From assembly GCA_025786725.1 (NCBI GenBank), contig JAHLTZ010000004.1:744001-808000 (forward strand): 64,000 bases of DNA, in the 5' to 3' direction. Source of the stretch: Syncephalis fuscata S228. Lineage: Eukaryota; Fungi; Zoopagomycota. The notes under the pieces were generated by a model. It saw only the letters and a program-made list of their open reading frames with translations. It had not been told where the DNA came from and made no database searches. The position numbers and the translations under genes were made by a program. Positions 25,746 through 38,812 of this stretch are shown here, in pieces. The first letter of the stretch is position 1. Each line of letters begins with the position of its first letter.

Positions 25746-28700
25746 CTAGCGCAATGATTCAATAAACTGATCAAGATTGTATTCTTCTTCATATTGTCGC
25801 TCATCCCATAGTGTTTCTAGTCCTTCGAGAGCAGCCTTCATTGATCCAGGTACTGTATCTTGGGCATCTACTCCTGATGCGGCGCCTGAATCGCCACCAC
25901 GTTTCTTTTCATCTGCAACTCCGTCAACAGCAAATAGATCGAGAATTTGATCGGTGCCCATATTTTGTAAGCCGGAATTCTGTTGATTGATAACTGAATT
26001 GGCAATATTCAACTTAAATTTCTGCAATCTATGATCATTGATAAGTTAGACAATGTTGTTTTGTTAATATTTCAGTCTACTTGCCCCATAATCTTTTCTT
26101 CTAACGTGCCACGAGTAATCAGTCGATAAACGTTGACGACACGCTTTTGACCAATACGATGAGCACGGTCCATGGCTTGCAAGTCTTTCATCGGATTCCA
26201 GTCATGTTCAACGAAAATGACCGTATCAGCACCTGTCAAATTAAGACCAAGGCCACCCACGTGTGTAGTTAATAATAAAACATCGATAGAAGGATCGGCA
26301 TTAAACTGTTGAACCATGCCGTGACGACGATCTGCTTCAACGCCACCATCTAAGCGAAGATAGCTAACTGACGGCATATGGCGTTTTAATAGATCCTTTT
26401 CCACAATATCAAGCATTGCCTTTAATTGACAGAAAATAAGAACGCGATGTGGACTGACTGCTGGTGTATCCGTAACAGCATCTTCAGCATTATTGCCACT
26501 GCTTGATGCACCAATACCACAGTCTTGTAATAATTGTCTATAATAATAATAATAATTAATAGCTTATCGTTATAGTAATCATTACTTACTTTAGTGCTTG
26601 TAGTTTTGGCGCATAGTGTAGATCGTGCAACGACGCATTCTCTTGACGTATTTGTTGCATAACTGTGGTATAACGTGGATGCTTTGAATCCAACACAAGA
26701 AGTGGATGATTGCACAGCTTGCGTAGATATTGCAATGCTTGAAATATATGTGTTTTTGTAGCCACGCCAGTCTCAGTCTTTTCGGTAAGTGATACGCGTA
26801 AATTACCAGAAGTTTGACTACGAGCAAAGTCGTCATACAACTTCTTTTGCAAACCGCTAAGTTCACAGTAATAATCTTGGATAATTTTTGGTGGTAGATC
26901 ACTAAGTACGTCCTCTTTAAGACGTCGTAATAAAAAGGGAAGTACTTGTTTGTGTAGTGCCTCCAGTGCTAGTGCACCAGCTTCTTGTTCTTTAGAGGAT
27001 GTTTTACTATCACGACTGGCCAGAATTGCTTTGCCATAACGTTCGTTAAACTGGCGTTCATTGCCTAAGAAGCCAGGCATTAAGAAATCGAATAGCGACC
27101 ATAATTCTAGAACATTATTCTAATATTCATTATATAAATTATTAGCAACAGTATTATTATTATTGTTGTTATCTTTTCTTACCTGTATCGGTGTGCCGGA
27201 TAGAATCACTCGATGATTAGCCTTAATACGTTTGACAGCCATAGTCAGTTTAGCTTTAGCATTTTTAATCATGTGGCCTTCATCGAGAATACAATAGTTC
27301 CAGTTGAATTTTGTCAAGCTTTCGATATCATTACGAACAATATCATATGAAATGATAATAACATCATGATCGGTAAAACTAGGTAACAATCTAACGTGGC
27401 CGTATAAGTATAATAGTTGCTATTTCCATTATCACTTACCGTGCTCGTTCAACTGGCGGTCCACTATAGACCAGTGGCTTTAACGTCGATACATATGACT
27501 GTATTTCATGTTTCCAATGTCCAGTCAATGTAGGCGGACACACGACAAGTGAACATAAACGCTCAAATTCGGGTGCTTTTGTCGCGGCAAATCGTTCAGC
27601 TCGTAAATGATGGTCACTGGCCAGACAGCAAATAGATTGTAGTGTCTTTCCTAGTCCCATATCTATTGTATTTGTGTTAACCTATTACACCATAGTAACC
27701 AATGTACTGCACACACATACCATCACAAAGAATACCATGCAATTGATAACGATTAAGAAAGGCTAGCCAGTTTACACCATCTTGTTGATATTTACGTAAT
27801 TCGGCATTGATTGATACAGGAATGGTAAACTTTTCCAATTTACTGATATCCATCAATTGTTCCAAAAAGCGTCGTTCCTCGCCTCGTTGTGCCATCATTT
27901 CTTTGGAAAAACCTGGAGGATCTGGAATACCCGCCTAATAATATAATTTTCATTATTAGTCGTTTATTAAATCGTTTGCAGCTTATTTAACCTACCTCTA
28001 ATGGTACCAATTTAATTAATTGGGCAAAACAATGAGCAGCCGTCAATCGTGTTGGATCGTTCGAGTCGCTCATTCGACCAAGTACTGGCACAATTAGAAA
28101 TATAACAAACGGAAGAATAGCTTCATCTAATGTTTGTACCAAGACTAGAATAACGCATTAATATTACTGATAAAGCCTACCAATCGTTAGTACTTACGTG
28201 ATACGGCTTCTATCGCACCTTGCCGATGCAGTATGTTACCGGCATCGCCCAGTAGTGGAATGACATGTTTCATAAAAGGTTCAAGTGCCGTATAGCCGAT
28301 GACATCGCATAGAATGGCTAGACAACGGGCCGACATATGACGAATGGCCGCAAATTGGCAGCCCAGTGTACGAATAACGTATTCAACCAAAGTCCCCCAC
28401 TAATAGCACGTCAGTCAATTATACAATTTGCCAATCTTCTCTTACTTGTTCATATAGTGTGGCGTTTAAATGAGGTGATAATGAAATCATAAGCTGAAGT
28501 GCATCAATTATTTCTTGACCAATGACCAAAGATGGCTTTAAATCTCGCTCTTCTGGCTCTAATTCATACAAAGCTAATTAGCTGTAGCTTTATACATTTA
28601 CAATGGCAACTTACCCTTGGGAAATGACGTAGTAAGTCTTACATTGGCACACTCCCACAACTTGGGCAAATCATTAAATAGCCTCTCTTCAAATAGCATG

Positions 28701-31700
28701 GCCATTTCACGTATTGCCAATTCAGCACCTCGTCGAATTAAACGTACTTCTCGTTCTTCGGGCGTCTCGTTAACCGGTGCAGCAACAAGGCACGTCCTCG
28801 TCTTCTGCCACGCGTTGATGGCAATGACGACGATGCCCCAATCGATACTGCTTCTAGCGATAGAATACCTTCTTCTTGTTGCTGAGTTTCAAGTACTGGC
28901 GTATTACTAGCATCGGCACATAGGAAAGCACATATATTCTTAATAATCTTATCAATTGGATTCCCACCTTTGCCTTGTTTGCCTCGTTCGACACATAGCG
29001 ATAATAGACGCGCCATAGCGTGTGCAGATCGTTGCTGTAGATCACCATTTGATTCATGCTACAAACAAGTATAATCAATATGTTATTTTCTTTATATAAA
29101 TGAATATCTGTAGTATTCTGAGCTATAATTACCTTAACTGCATTCATAAGAGCCCGAATAATTGGATTAAGCTTTGTTGGTAAACTGCCGAAGGAAATTG
29201 CTGCTCCAGCCAATGAGGCCTGTGTACTAATGCTTAATGCCTCTTTCTCTGCACTATATCGCTCAAGCGTTGTCGCTAGCAGCTGATGTTTTTCTTTTAG
29301 CGTTACCAGATGATCGCGTGATCTTGGACCGGTCACTTTACTCAGTAACGTAGTGTATTTCGATGTAGACTACATAAGATAGATTAGTTTACGTGAACAT
29401 TACTTATTATTACAATTTATCAAATAAATACCGTACCCATTCATCGGCAATAGCCACTGTAAATACGCCTTGTTCATCATCGGATATAGGACCAATGCTT
29501 AAATGAGGTACTGTTCTCTCAGCCATGGGTACACCGGCATGAATAAACGCCTCTATTAGATTTATACAGTGTAGTCTTAATTGTTGTAATATTGTGTCCA
29601 GTTCAAGATAGTGTGTTGGTCCAGGTTTCTCCAAAAGCACAAGTAGCTCGGCGTAGCATGCTTGGGCCAGCTCCGAGTGCTCTAATGGATTCTAGAAGAT
29701 ACGAGTGAGCAACAGTGTATAATGGTAATTACAGCTGTTCAGTAATTACCTTGACCGCATCGGAAAGCACAAGAGAACCAGTAGATTCTTCTAATAGAAT
29801 GGATATCATGCGACGGGTATGGGCTACTGGTCGATTCAATTCCATTAGTAATCGGTCTTTAAAAATAACAGCATGATGCTAATAATACAAAAGTTGACCC
29901 ATATCAATCTACATCTTTTTAATTTGTATATCTTTCCACCTACCTCAAATGGCCAAGCCGTGAGTAATTGACCCATGGCCGTGGCAGCAGCAATTCGTGC
30001 CGCCAATACAGTGTCATAATTAACTAGAGACAAATCCTGTCTTAACATAGCCGCATCTACATTATGCCATTGCTGTTGTTGTTGTGCTGGAGTCTGCTGA
30101 TAACTAGGCTGTCGATCATTAAACGTGGCTCGACCCGATAAAATCAATGCCACCTCTAATGGTACACCAATAGGCGTTAAAAGCAGATGCATCCACGTAG
30201 CAAGTAATTGTGGATGAACTAGATTTGGCAGGTCGACTCGTCGACATTCTGCCATATGTTGCATTAGTAGTGTCCATACTTTTAGTGAAAGTGCTAGTAT
30301 ATCCTTTAGAAAAGGTCAGCTATTATACTGTATATCAATAAACGATAACTCACACGTTTCTCTTCCAATAGCATATTCTGCCAGGTGAGTTGCAATAGAA
30401 CCGTGTCAATCCACGATTTATCAAGTTGTGGTACATTTAATAGTGTTTGTAGTGTGCGTAAGACTGCCAATCGCACCGATGCAATGGTATGTCGAAAGAA
30501 TGGAAATAGCCGTGGAACTAGTTGTTTTAAAGCAAGTCTAAATATCGATATTGTCAATAATACATCTCCACATCCGTCTATCCAATGACTTACTCGGGTT
30601 CAGTTGATTGGACTCGTTGTAATTCAAGTAGTACAATGTCATAGGAACATAGTTTGGCTATAGTAATTATGCAGTTCTTATTAGGTCGTCTACTGTTATA
30701 TATCATCCGATATTTACTTACCAGCCAGATCCATCATACTAGCAATAGAAGCAGATAGATCGTCTTTAACATCTCTTAGACCATTCCACAGCACGTGGAT
30801 AACCTCTAATAAGCGCTGGGTGCAACTTGCAACCAATGTATCGGTAATTGGAAGAAGCACACCTGCCGCTACTGCTCGGACATCATCGTCAGGATCACGT
30901 AATCTGCGTATAATAATAAGCGATCAATTACTCTACTCAGTCCAAAAACATACCCAGTAATTGCTGCATCCACTGTGCTTTGAATCCAATTGTCAACGCA
31001 ATCACTACGTATTGCCACCGCGTATTTAAGACCAAGTAAACCGGCATGGCGTACCTGCCACACCTTTTGTTCTATCTCTGGTTGTTGTACCAATTTAACT
31101 AGCGTTTCGTAAATCTGGTCAGCGAGTACGACAGGCGTATGTTGTAATAATGCGCCAAGTGTTTGTGCACATGTTTCGCGTACAGGTGCCACTACTTGAT
31201 CTGACACAAAATCACCAAATCTATCCAGTGCAAATACACAAATTAGCCGAATGGCAGCGTCTTCCTGTGCCGCTAGATGCAAGCGTGAATTAACTTCACT
31301 TGATACACCGGCTGTATAATCTTAGTACTAGTAAGTCATTTGACGATTAAATAATACCTATTTGTCCCATGCCGGCAGCGTGTCGTTTGAATATCATTCT
31401 TAAACCAATACCTGCTCCATGACGTATTTCCCATGAAGGACTAATGGTTCAAGTGGTAAATAAAACTCATTAGTTGAATTACTTAACATGCTTACTCAAA
31501 CAAATCATGGGATAGTATATCACATAGCACTTCAAGCGGCCACCGACCATCTTCACCAGGCACAGAACCAACAGCAGGATGAAATTCTACGGCAATTTTA
31601 TCCGAATTTGGCTGTTCTGTAATATCCATGGCGGTGGGTGCTGGTTGTACCAAATACAATAAATAAAAACAGTTAAATCATCTGGTGCACTTACTAGTGT

Positions 31701-32583
31701 TAGCTTTACTTGTATTGCTACTGCCACTGTTTGGCGGCTGAGTGTTGACGATGCGTACTCTATTGATACAGGATTAATGATGCTTCTATTTCACAAGTAT
31801 ACTTACTTGGACTTCGTTTTCTCCTTTTGTTTTAAGCGGCGTTTCAGCGCATTTAATTCTCGCTTACTTAAATTTGGATTATTAAGCGGATTGGTCTCTT
31901 CTAACTTGACGGATGCATTTATTTTATCCTGATCACGGCTACTGCTGCCATCGCCGTTGCCATTACTGGCATCTCGGCTGATGTTTATAGCAGAGGAAAC
32001 ACCAGGCAGATTAAGATCGGTTTCGTCCATAAGATCCATATCCATAAACTGGCTGCCAATACCAAGTGTTCGTTTAAGGTCGCGTCGTTGTGCGGCAAGT
32101 CGCTCCTCCATGTCTAAACCCACCAAATCCACGTCGTATTCTTTGCCTGCCGAAGCAAGTAGACGTCGACCCGAACGCATTACTTCATCCAAGTCAAAAG
32201 TGGCAAACGCTAATCGATCGCGTTTTTCCTCTTCTTGTAATCGCTGTTCGACGATTGCTTTGTCCGGCACGGGGACATCGCTGGCATTGGGCTCCCAAAG
32301 CGCCACGTTGGACACAATCGCCTCGATTGCCTGGCCTGCGGCTACTCGCGTTTCCCAAGATTTACTACGTAGGTGAAGTAATACTCGGGACAGCAGATGT
32401 GGTAATTCATGCGGATACTGCTTCTGGACGTCGCCCAGTTGACGCGCGGCAGTCTGGCGAACAGCAGGCGTCGAGCCAGTGCTCAACAGAAGAACAAGCC
32501 GGTCAAGGCTGTCCCATTACCGATCGTTTAGTATTTTGTCATCGCCGTGTCTATCGCCGTGTATTTGCTTACCGTGACGCCAT
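25746..32583 (-). CDS. MOT1: TATA-binding protein-associated Swi2/Snf2 ATPase Mot1/BTAF1, multi-exon
   Basis: MASRLDRL start, LRSKSWETRVAAG, LDRFGDFVSDQVVAPVRETCAQTLG, DDMGLGKTLQ, ILDEGH, LLTTHVGGLGLNLTGAD, DLQAMDRAHRIGQKR, QYEEEYNLDQFI. Confidence 0.96.
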
Positions 32584-33975
32584 AATCCACGTTTATGCCC
32601 AGCAATAGTGGCTGTAATAGTTACGCTGGCAAGTGAGAATGTTGTTGCTGATTATAAAATTGAAGTACAATGCTAACAAGAGAAAGATCACGTGACAACA
32701 AGGGGAAACATGGTAAATACGTGGCTGAGCCCTCCGCGCTTTTATGTTTTTTCCTAGAATTTCGGAAAAGCAAGGCGGACTAATCACGCTTGCGGGGGAG
32801 AATTTGTTACTGATAGAGTGGCTAGTAATAATGATTTAAAATTTTAATCCATTGCGTCATTTAACCGAATTATCTAATCAAATAAAAGTTTAATCATTTT
32901 AATGTTTGTGTCTATTAAATTACTTTTATGCATTTACAAATAAATACTTGATGTAAAATAAAATTGATGTAAATATTTTAATAATAAAATGTAGCACCAT
33001 AATTGATGTGTTGTTATTCTTCCTCACTCGACCTTTTGAGCCTGTTGTTTATACTTTAACTGTTATATAGTCGTGGTTTTTATTTGGTATATAGATTACT
33101 ATTGACTTGTTTATTAACCTTTCATTAATTAGTTATATATGAATATTACTATCATTATTATCTTGTTAGTAAAAAAGGCGTATTTAGTATTTTATAATTA
33201 TTAAACTAATTTAAAACAATTGGCAAATTATAAACTACTCTCAATTTATATAATGTAGATAATTACTACTGTTAACTTCATTTTAATATTACAGCAGTTT
33301 TCTAAACAACAACAATTTTGTTTATAGCTTTAATTAATTAATCCAAATGATGCAAAGTCAATTTTAACTCGTGCAATTTGCTTTCGCTAATTAATTGATT
33401 TAAGAAAATTCAAGTGGTCCATTGGACTACGTAATGTAAATCTTATAACTGCAGTAATTATTTTTTATTATTAATGTCGAAAAATAAATCTTTATTTTTT
33501 GCACACTATAAATATGTTACCCTTTAGTGCAACCTTACCTATTGTTCATCGATCATTTTTGCTGAGTAGTTACAATTAGATGCGGATTTTGATGAGTGAA
33601 ATACAATAAAGAATGTAAAGATAATTAATATTCAAAGTTAATAAATAATAAATAGTAAAATATAATCAGTATAGCAAAGTTAGTGCGTGTATTTACCCTG
33701 TAAGCTTTTATTATAACAGCATTAAATAGAATTTATGCATTTATATATGCAGATGCAATCATTTCAAAACACTAATTGTTATTTAGTCACATTAAATAAA
33801 ACACAATAGTTTAGCGCTAGAAGGTGCGCGCGCGCGCTTGTTTATATTATTATGACAATAGACACAACAAGAAAGTGTGCACAATTTATGAGTGAAATAT
33901 TAGAGCAGTGTGCAATTAGTTGCGGTGAATGATTGCTTAATTAAGAGGGTATTATTGTTATTAAGGGAAAGTGCC

Positions 33976-35003
33976 TTAGAGATCTACCTTTACGAGGGCT
34001 TTGATGTTAGCCTTGACGATTGCAAGAATAGCAATGCGGATATCGGCAAGAACCTTGACATCGACCTTAACAAGGGCGTTGACCTTAACGGCAACGTCGG
34101 CCTTGATGCTAGCTCTGATGTCAGCGAGAACCTTGATAGCAGCATCGATCTTGACAAGAACGTCGGCATCGACCTTAACTCCAGCATTGATGCGGGCATT
34201 AACTTTAGCCTTGAGATCGACAAGAACCTTGACGGCAGCATCAATGTGAAGATCGATAAGAGCATGAATATCGGCAATAACACGGGCTTTGATGTCTACG
34301 TTAACATCAGCCTTGACAATGATCTTGGCAATAGCATTGAGGAGGACATCGATCTTAGCACTGATGTTGGCCACAATGTTGGCCCGAATGTCAGCAATAA
34401 TCTTGGCAATAACCTTAAGGTCGACATCAACATCGACATCAAGCTTAATTCCGGCACCAATCTTAACATCAACGTCGGCTTTGATGTCAGCAATGACTTT
34501 AAGGTCAACATCAGCGCCAACGCCGACACCAACGCCGACACCGACACCGACACCAACGCCGATATCAATGCCACCACCGTGGCCGCCGTCATGACCACCG
34601 TCGTGGCCGCCATCATGACCACCATCGTGACCGCCATCATGACCACCATCGTGACCGCCATCATGACCACCTCGTGCCCCATCGTGCCGCCATCATGACC
34701 ACCGTCGTGGCCGCCATCATGACCGCCATCGTGACCACCGTCGTGGCCGCCATCGTGACCACCGTCGTGGCCGCCATCATGACCGCCATCATGACCACCG
34801 TCGTGGCCGCCATTATGACCACCGTCGTGGCCGCCATTATGACCACCATCGTGGCCGCCATTATGACCACCACTACCGTAGTCAGAGCCTTTTGAGGGAA
34901 CTGTTCCAGGCTTTGTATTGTAGCCGTAGCTTTCAGTGGTGGCGATGCCTTGACCAGCGATGGCCAACAAGAAAAGAGCCGAAGCGACAAAAGCGAATCT
35001 CAT
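33976..35003 (-). CDS. Secreted protein with GGH(D/N) repeats and a C-terminal Val/Ala/Ile/Asp/Lys-rich domain; apparent frameshift at ~34670-34690
   Basis: Signal peptide MRFAFVASALFLLAIAGQG; 12-bp repeats; downstream frame ...GIDIGVGVGV...ADIKADVDVK...KALVKVDL*; TATAAAG at ~35171-35177 on the minus strand. Confidence 0.8.
34575..34875. repeat. Coding 12-bp tandem repeat (GGHD/GGHN)
   Basis: Iterations of catgaccaccgtcgtggccgccat-type units. Confidence 0.9.
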
Positions 35004-35697
35004 TGTTAAAATAAAATAGATATATTACTAGTAAGTTGACTGTATCTAATATAGCCAATATAAACAACTAGATTGACTATAATCAATGTAAATAGTAGGT
35101 AGTATAAGCAGAAAGGGCACAGTGAATTGAGCGGTTAATCGTAATAATGGATGTGTCTAACTAGACGCCACTTTATAGTTGAACCAACCAGTTCCAAGCT
35201 GTTTCATTTCTGATACATGTGGAAGCCGTTCAATAGGCAGTAGACACCCGCACTATTGCTGTACTGAAGTTACAGCAGGCTGATGTCCAAGCTATCCGCA
35301 TGTATTTCCATCTGCATTCCATGAAAAACCAGTAAAATTTCGCACAGCCACGCTGAACCAATCACAAAATAGAATAAATACAGTCACAATATGTTGTGTA
35401 ACCGCGTGTATAACGCATCAAACAATAGGCATGCTTTTTGCCCGCTATGGTTCTACTCGTTTTCTTCCTTGCCTTCCTTGCTGTGCCGTTTTCAATGGCA
35501 ATAATTTTGTGCTGTGTGTGTACCCCAGAGCTGCCATCCAGATTTGCTTCATGAGCAAAAGGCGTCACAGGCGCCAGTCCATCACCGTCTTTACAACTTG
35601 ATTGTCAGTAATATTAATCTGCCTTTGCTGCTTGACTTGCCAATTGTATGGGTGACTGTGCGGTAAACGGCACATTCTCAAAATTTGTGCTGGATGC

Positions 35698-35843
35698 CAA
35701 GTAAACTAATTTCATCCTACAATGACCGGCGGGTAGTCGTTCCTATTTTTACAAGCGAATAAAATCAAAACAAGTAAACTAATTTCATCCTACAATGACT
35801 GGCAGGTAGTCGTTCCTATTTTTACAAGCGAATAAAATTAAAA
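35698..35843. repeat. 73-bp intergenic tandem duplication
   Basis: caagtaaactaatttcatcctacaatgac.ggc.ggtagtcgttcctatttttacaagcgaataaaat occurs at 35698 and 35771. Confidence 0.92.
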
Positions 35844-36548
35844 TGGATCAGTAGCCCAGTCTTTTTGTCGTAGTTCTGTCGACGCAACTCCGCCTGGCCG
35901 CATGGCTATCATGCAGCCGGTTTAAACCAATGAACACGGATGAACGTCATGCAGGCAATAATCCTGCTTTTTCTTAGAATGAGCAATATTTGTAAAGAAT
36001 CCCGAATATGGTTCCATCATTGTTGAGAAACTGATTGATCATTCCTGGCCCCACATGCGGATTTATGGCGGATGAACTTTTGACAAGCCGTTTTTTTTGT
36101 TACGCGACTCAACATTAAACAAGCGTCATCAATTGAATGCACATGTGGCAGCAGGGACTTTTGAAGTTTCTTGGCATCATACTTTAGTAAAATTCAAGCA
36201 AAATGCAGGAGATAATACTAGAATATTTGTCATCTTTTAAGAATATCGTCCAATTGGACATCACATGTCCTTTAGCTACCTGACAAAACTGATCGCCTAT
36301 CGGTTGCTTATATCACGTGATCCTGTTAAATGTACAATAAGCAGCCGCTCAACAATCGATTCCATTACAATTTAAATAATAATATGAGTAAAAATTGTAT
36401 TGTTTAGTAAATAAATATATAAAACATTAAATACAACGTATAATTGCTAATACAAAAGCTACATGTATAATAACAAATATTTTAAAATTACTATATTACT
36501 AAACGAGTTGACAGTAAAAACGTATAATGGCCTCCATCTAGCAAATTC

Positions 36549-37684
36549 TTAAACTGCTTGCGTAGCTCTGCCATTATCAGACACTCGTCCAAGTGCGTTA
36601 ACATTATTGAGTACGCGTACACCCGATGCGTCGACGTTAATAAGAGAGCTTCCATTATTATTATTGGTACCATTGTCACCAAGATTGTTGCCACCAGGAT
36701 TATTGCCATTGCCATTATTATTGCCACCAGGATTATTGCCATTATTGCCATTATTGCCATTTTGTCCATTTGTCCATTTGTATTTTGTGACAATTGACCA
36801 CTAGACACGCTTCCCAAAGCATTTACATTGTTCAATAGTCGAATTCCCTCAGCATTGATATTAATTAAACCGCTGCCATTATTTGTAGATCCAGGATTAT
36901 TATTACCATTATTTCCGCCACCGTTGTTGTTTAATCCATCAGGATTGCCGCCATTTGTGTTTTGTGATAGCTGACCATTGGATACACTACCAAGAGCATT
37001 TACATTATTGAGAAGACGAATCCCTTCACCATTAATATTGATTAAACCATTATTGCCGTTGCCGTTCCCATTGCCTCCATTGCCGCCAGAATTATTGCCA
37101 TTGCCGCCAGGATTATTGCCATTGCCGCCAGGATTATTGCCATTGCCGCCAGGATTATTGCCATTGCCACCAGGATTATTGCCATTGCCGCCAGGATTAT
37201 TGCCATTGCCGCCAGGATTATTGCCATTGCCGCCAGGATTATTGCCATTGCCGCCAGGATTATTGCCATTGCCGCCAGGATTATTGCCATTGCCACCAGG
37301 ATTATTGCCATTGCCACCAGGATTATTGCCATTGCCGCCAGGATTATTGCCATTGCCGCCAGGATTATTGCCATTGCCGCCAGGATTATTGCCATTGCCA
37401 CCAGGATTATTGCCATTGCCACCAGGATTATTGCCATTGCCACCAGGATTATTGCCATTGCCACCAGGATTGTTTATACCTCCTGGTATACCAGTGTCTG
37501 GATTGTTTGGAATAATTGGAACGCCTGGTGTAGGTACACCCCAAATGGGTGGACCACCATGAACAAATCCATTGGAAGAACCTGGGTGATTTCTTAAATA
37601 ATGGCGATATTTTTGTGGTGCTGCATCGCTTAAATAAGTTAAAAGTATGGCCGCCACAACCAGTTGAGTTAAAAAAGACTTCAT
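36549..37684 (-). CDS. Secreted Gly/Asn-rich repeat protein: (PGGNGNN)n plus three LIN(I/V)xxxG(I/V)R(L/V)LNNVNALG modules; apparent frameshift at ~36770
   Basis: Signal peptide MKSFLTQLVVAAILLTYLSDA; about 18 21-bp repeats (37090-37470); the third module SLINVDASGVRVLNNVNALGRVS is recovered in the shifted frame. Confidence 0.8.
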
Positions 37685-38812
37685 GGTAACTTCTAGCGGT
37701 AGATTGGACTTGAAATTAAACAAGCTGAAGCACAATAGCAAGGATATCTAATGATCAAGTACAAGCAAAAAAGTAGTGATGTAATGCTACTACATGGTTG
37801 TTGTATTTTATATTTTATATTGAACGCCAACTAGCATTAGATGTGCTGTTTTGCAAGTTATAGAAACTCCCGAAACACAAAACATCTGCCCAAGCAAAGA
37901 TTATTCTCCTTTATCTGCGTCGACGATCTTTGGCGGTCATTCGGCACTGCTACCTCAATGTTGATTGCCATAAGGCGTATTCAAACTGACCGTAGATCCA
38001 TGCGTGAGGTGGCTCAAGTATGCTTGCTGCAACTGACACAGCAGTTGCAATTGTATTTGGTCAAATTTATAGATTGTTTTGAGGTCTGATCAGCCGCATT
38101 CAATTACAAATTGGACATTTAATTACAAATAAAATAAAATATCAGCCGTGCATATTAAGCAGCTTATTTAAGTTAAAGCAAATTATATAATTTAACAATG
38201 TTCTCTTAAAACAGCTCTGTGATTGACAAGATGCATTGCAACTCTATATTCGAACATCAGTAAAAATATAATTTTTTATTAGTTTATTATCACTGGTTTA
38301 TGATTAAAGCTACTTTTAAAAAACCAGTTGTTATTTTTTACGTCAAGTAACTATAGCATTTTAATGAATTAAATAACAATTTTAAAGCATATAAATGTGC
38401 GTAAAATAAAAATATTAAAATTTACTTTTTAATGTTAAATTCTTTTGAATAGTTATTTTTCAATATAGATAAAGAGTAATGCTGGAAACATTATACAAAG
38501 TATTTATTTATGGTGCATAACCGTGGAATGGACAGATATTCGTATTACTAAGTATGGTAATACTAATATTTTAAATAATTTAATCACACTTTTACAAGTT
38601 ATTAATGCACTGCAATAATTTGCGGATTACATCGTAATTTATTCTGATGTAAGCATTTTAATGCTGGTTTCAAAAACCGAATTATGCTGCGAAAAACCCG
38701 GTAGTAATTAGGTGACCGAATTTAATTAGAAGGGTACAATTTGCAGAAATAGTTGCACGGATTAACAGCGTGGCTGATGTTGGACAGTATTTATACGTTG
38801 GACAAACGGGAT

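Noticed and set aside
33910-34698. Long antisense ORFs opposite the aliphatic and repeat genes (also 57853-58485, 36978-37562, 39117-39883, 59277-59540)
   Set aside because: Explained by biased codon use and tandem repeats that remove stops on the opposite strand; they lack credible starts or signal peptides.
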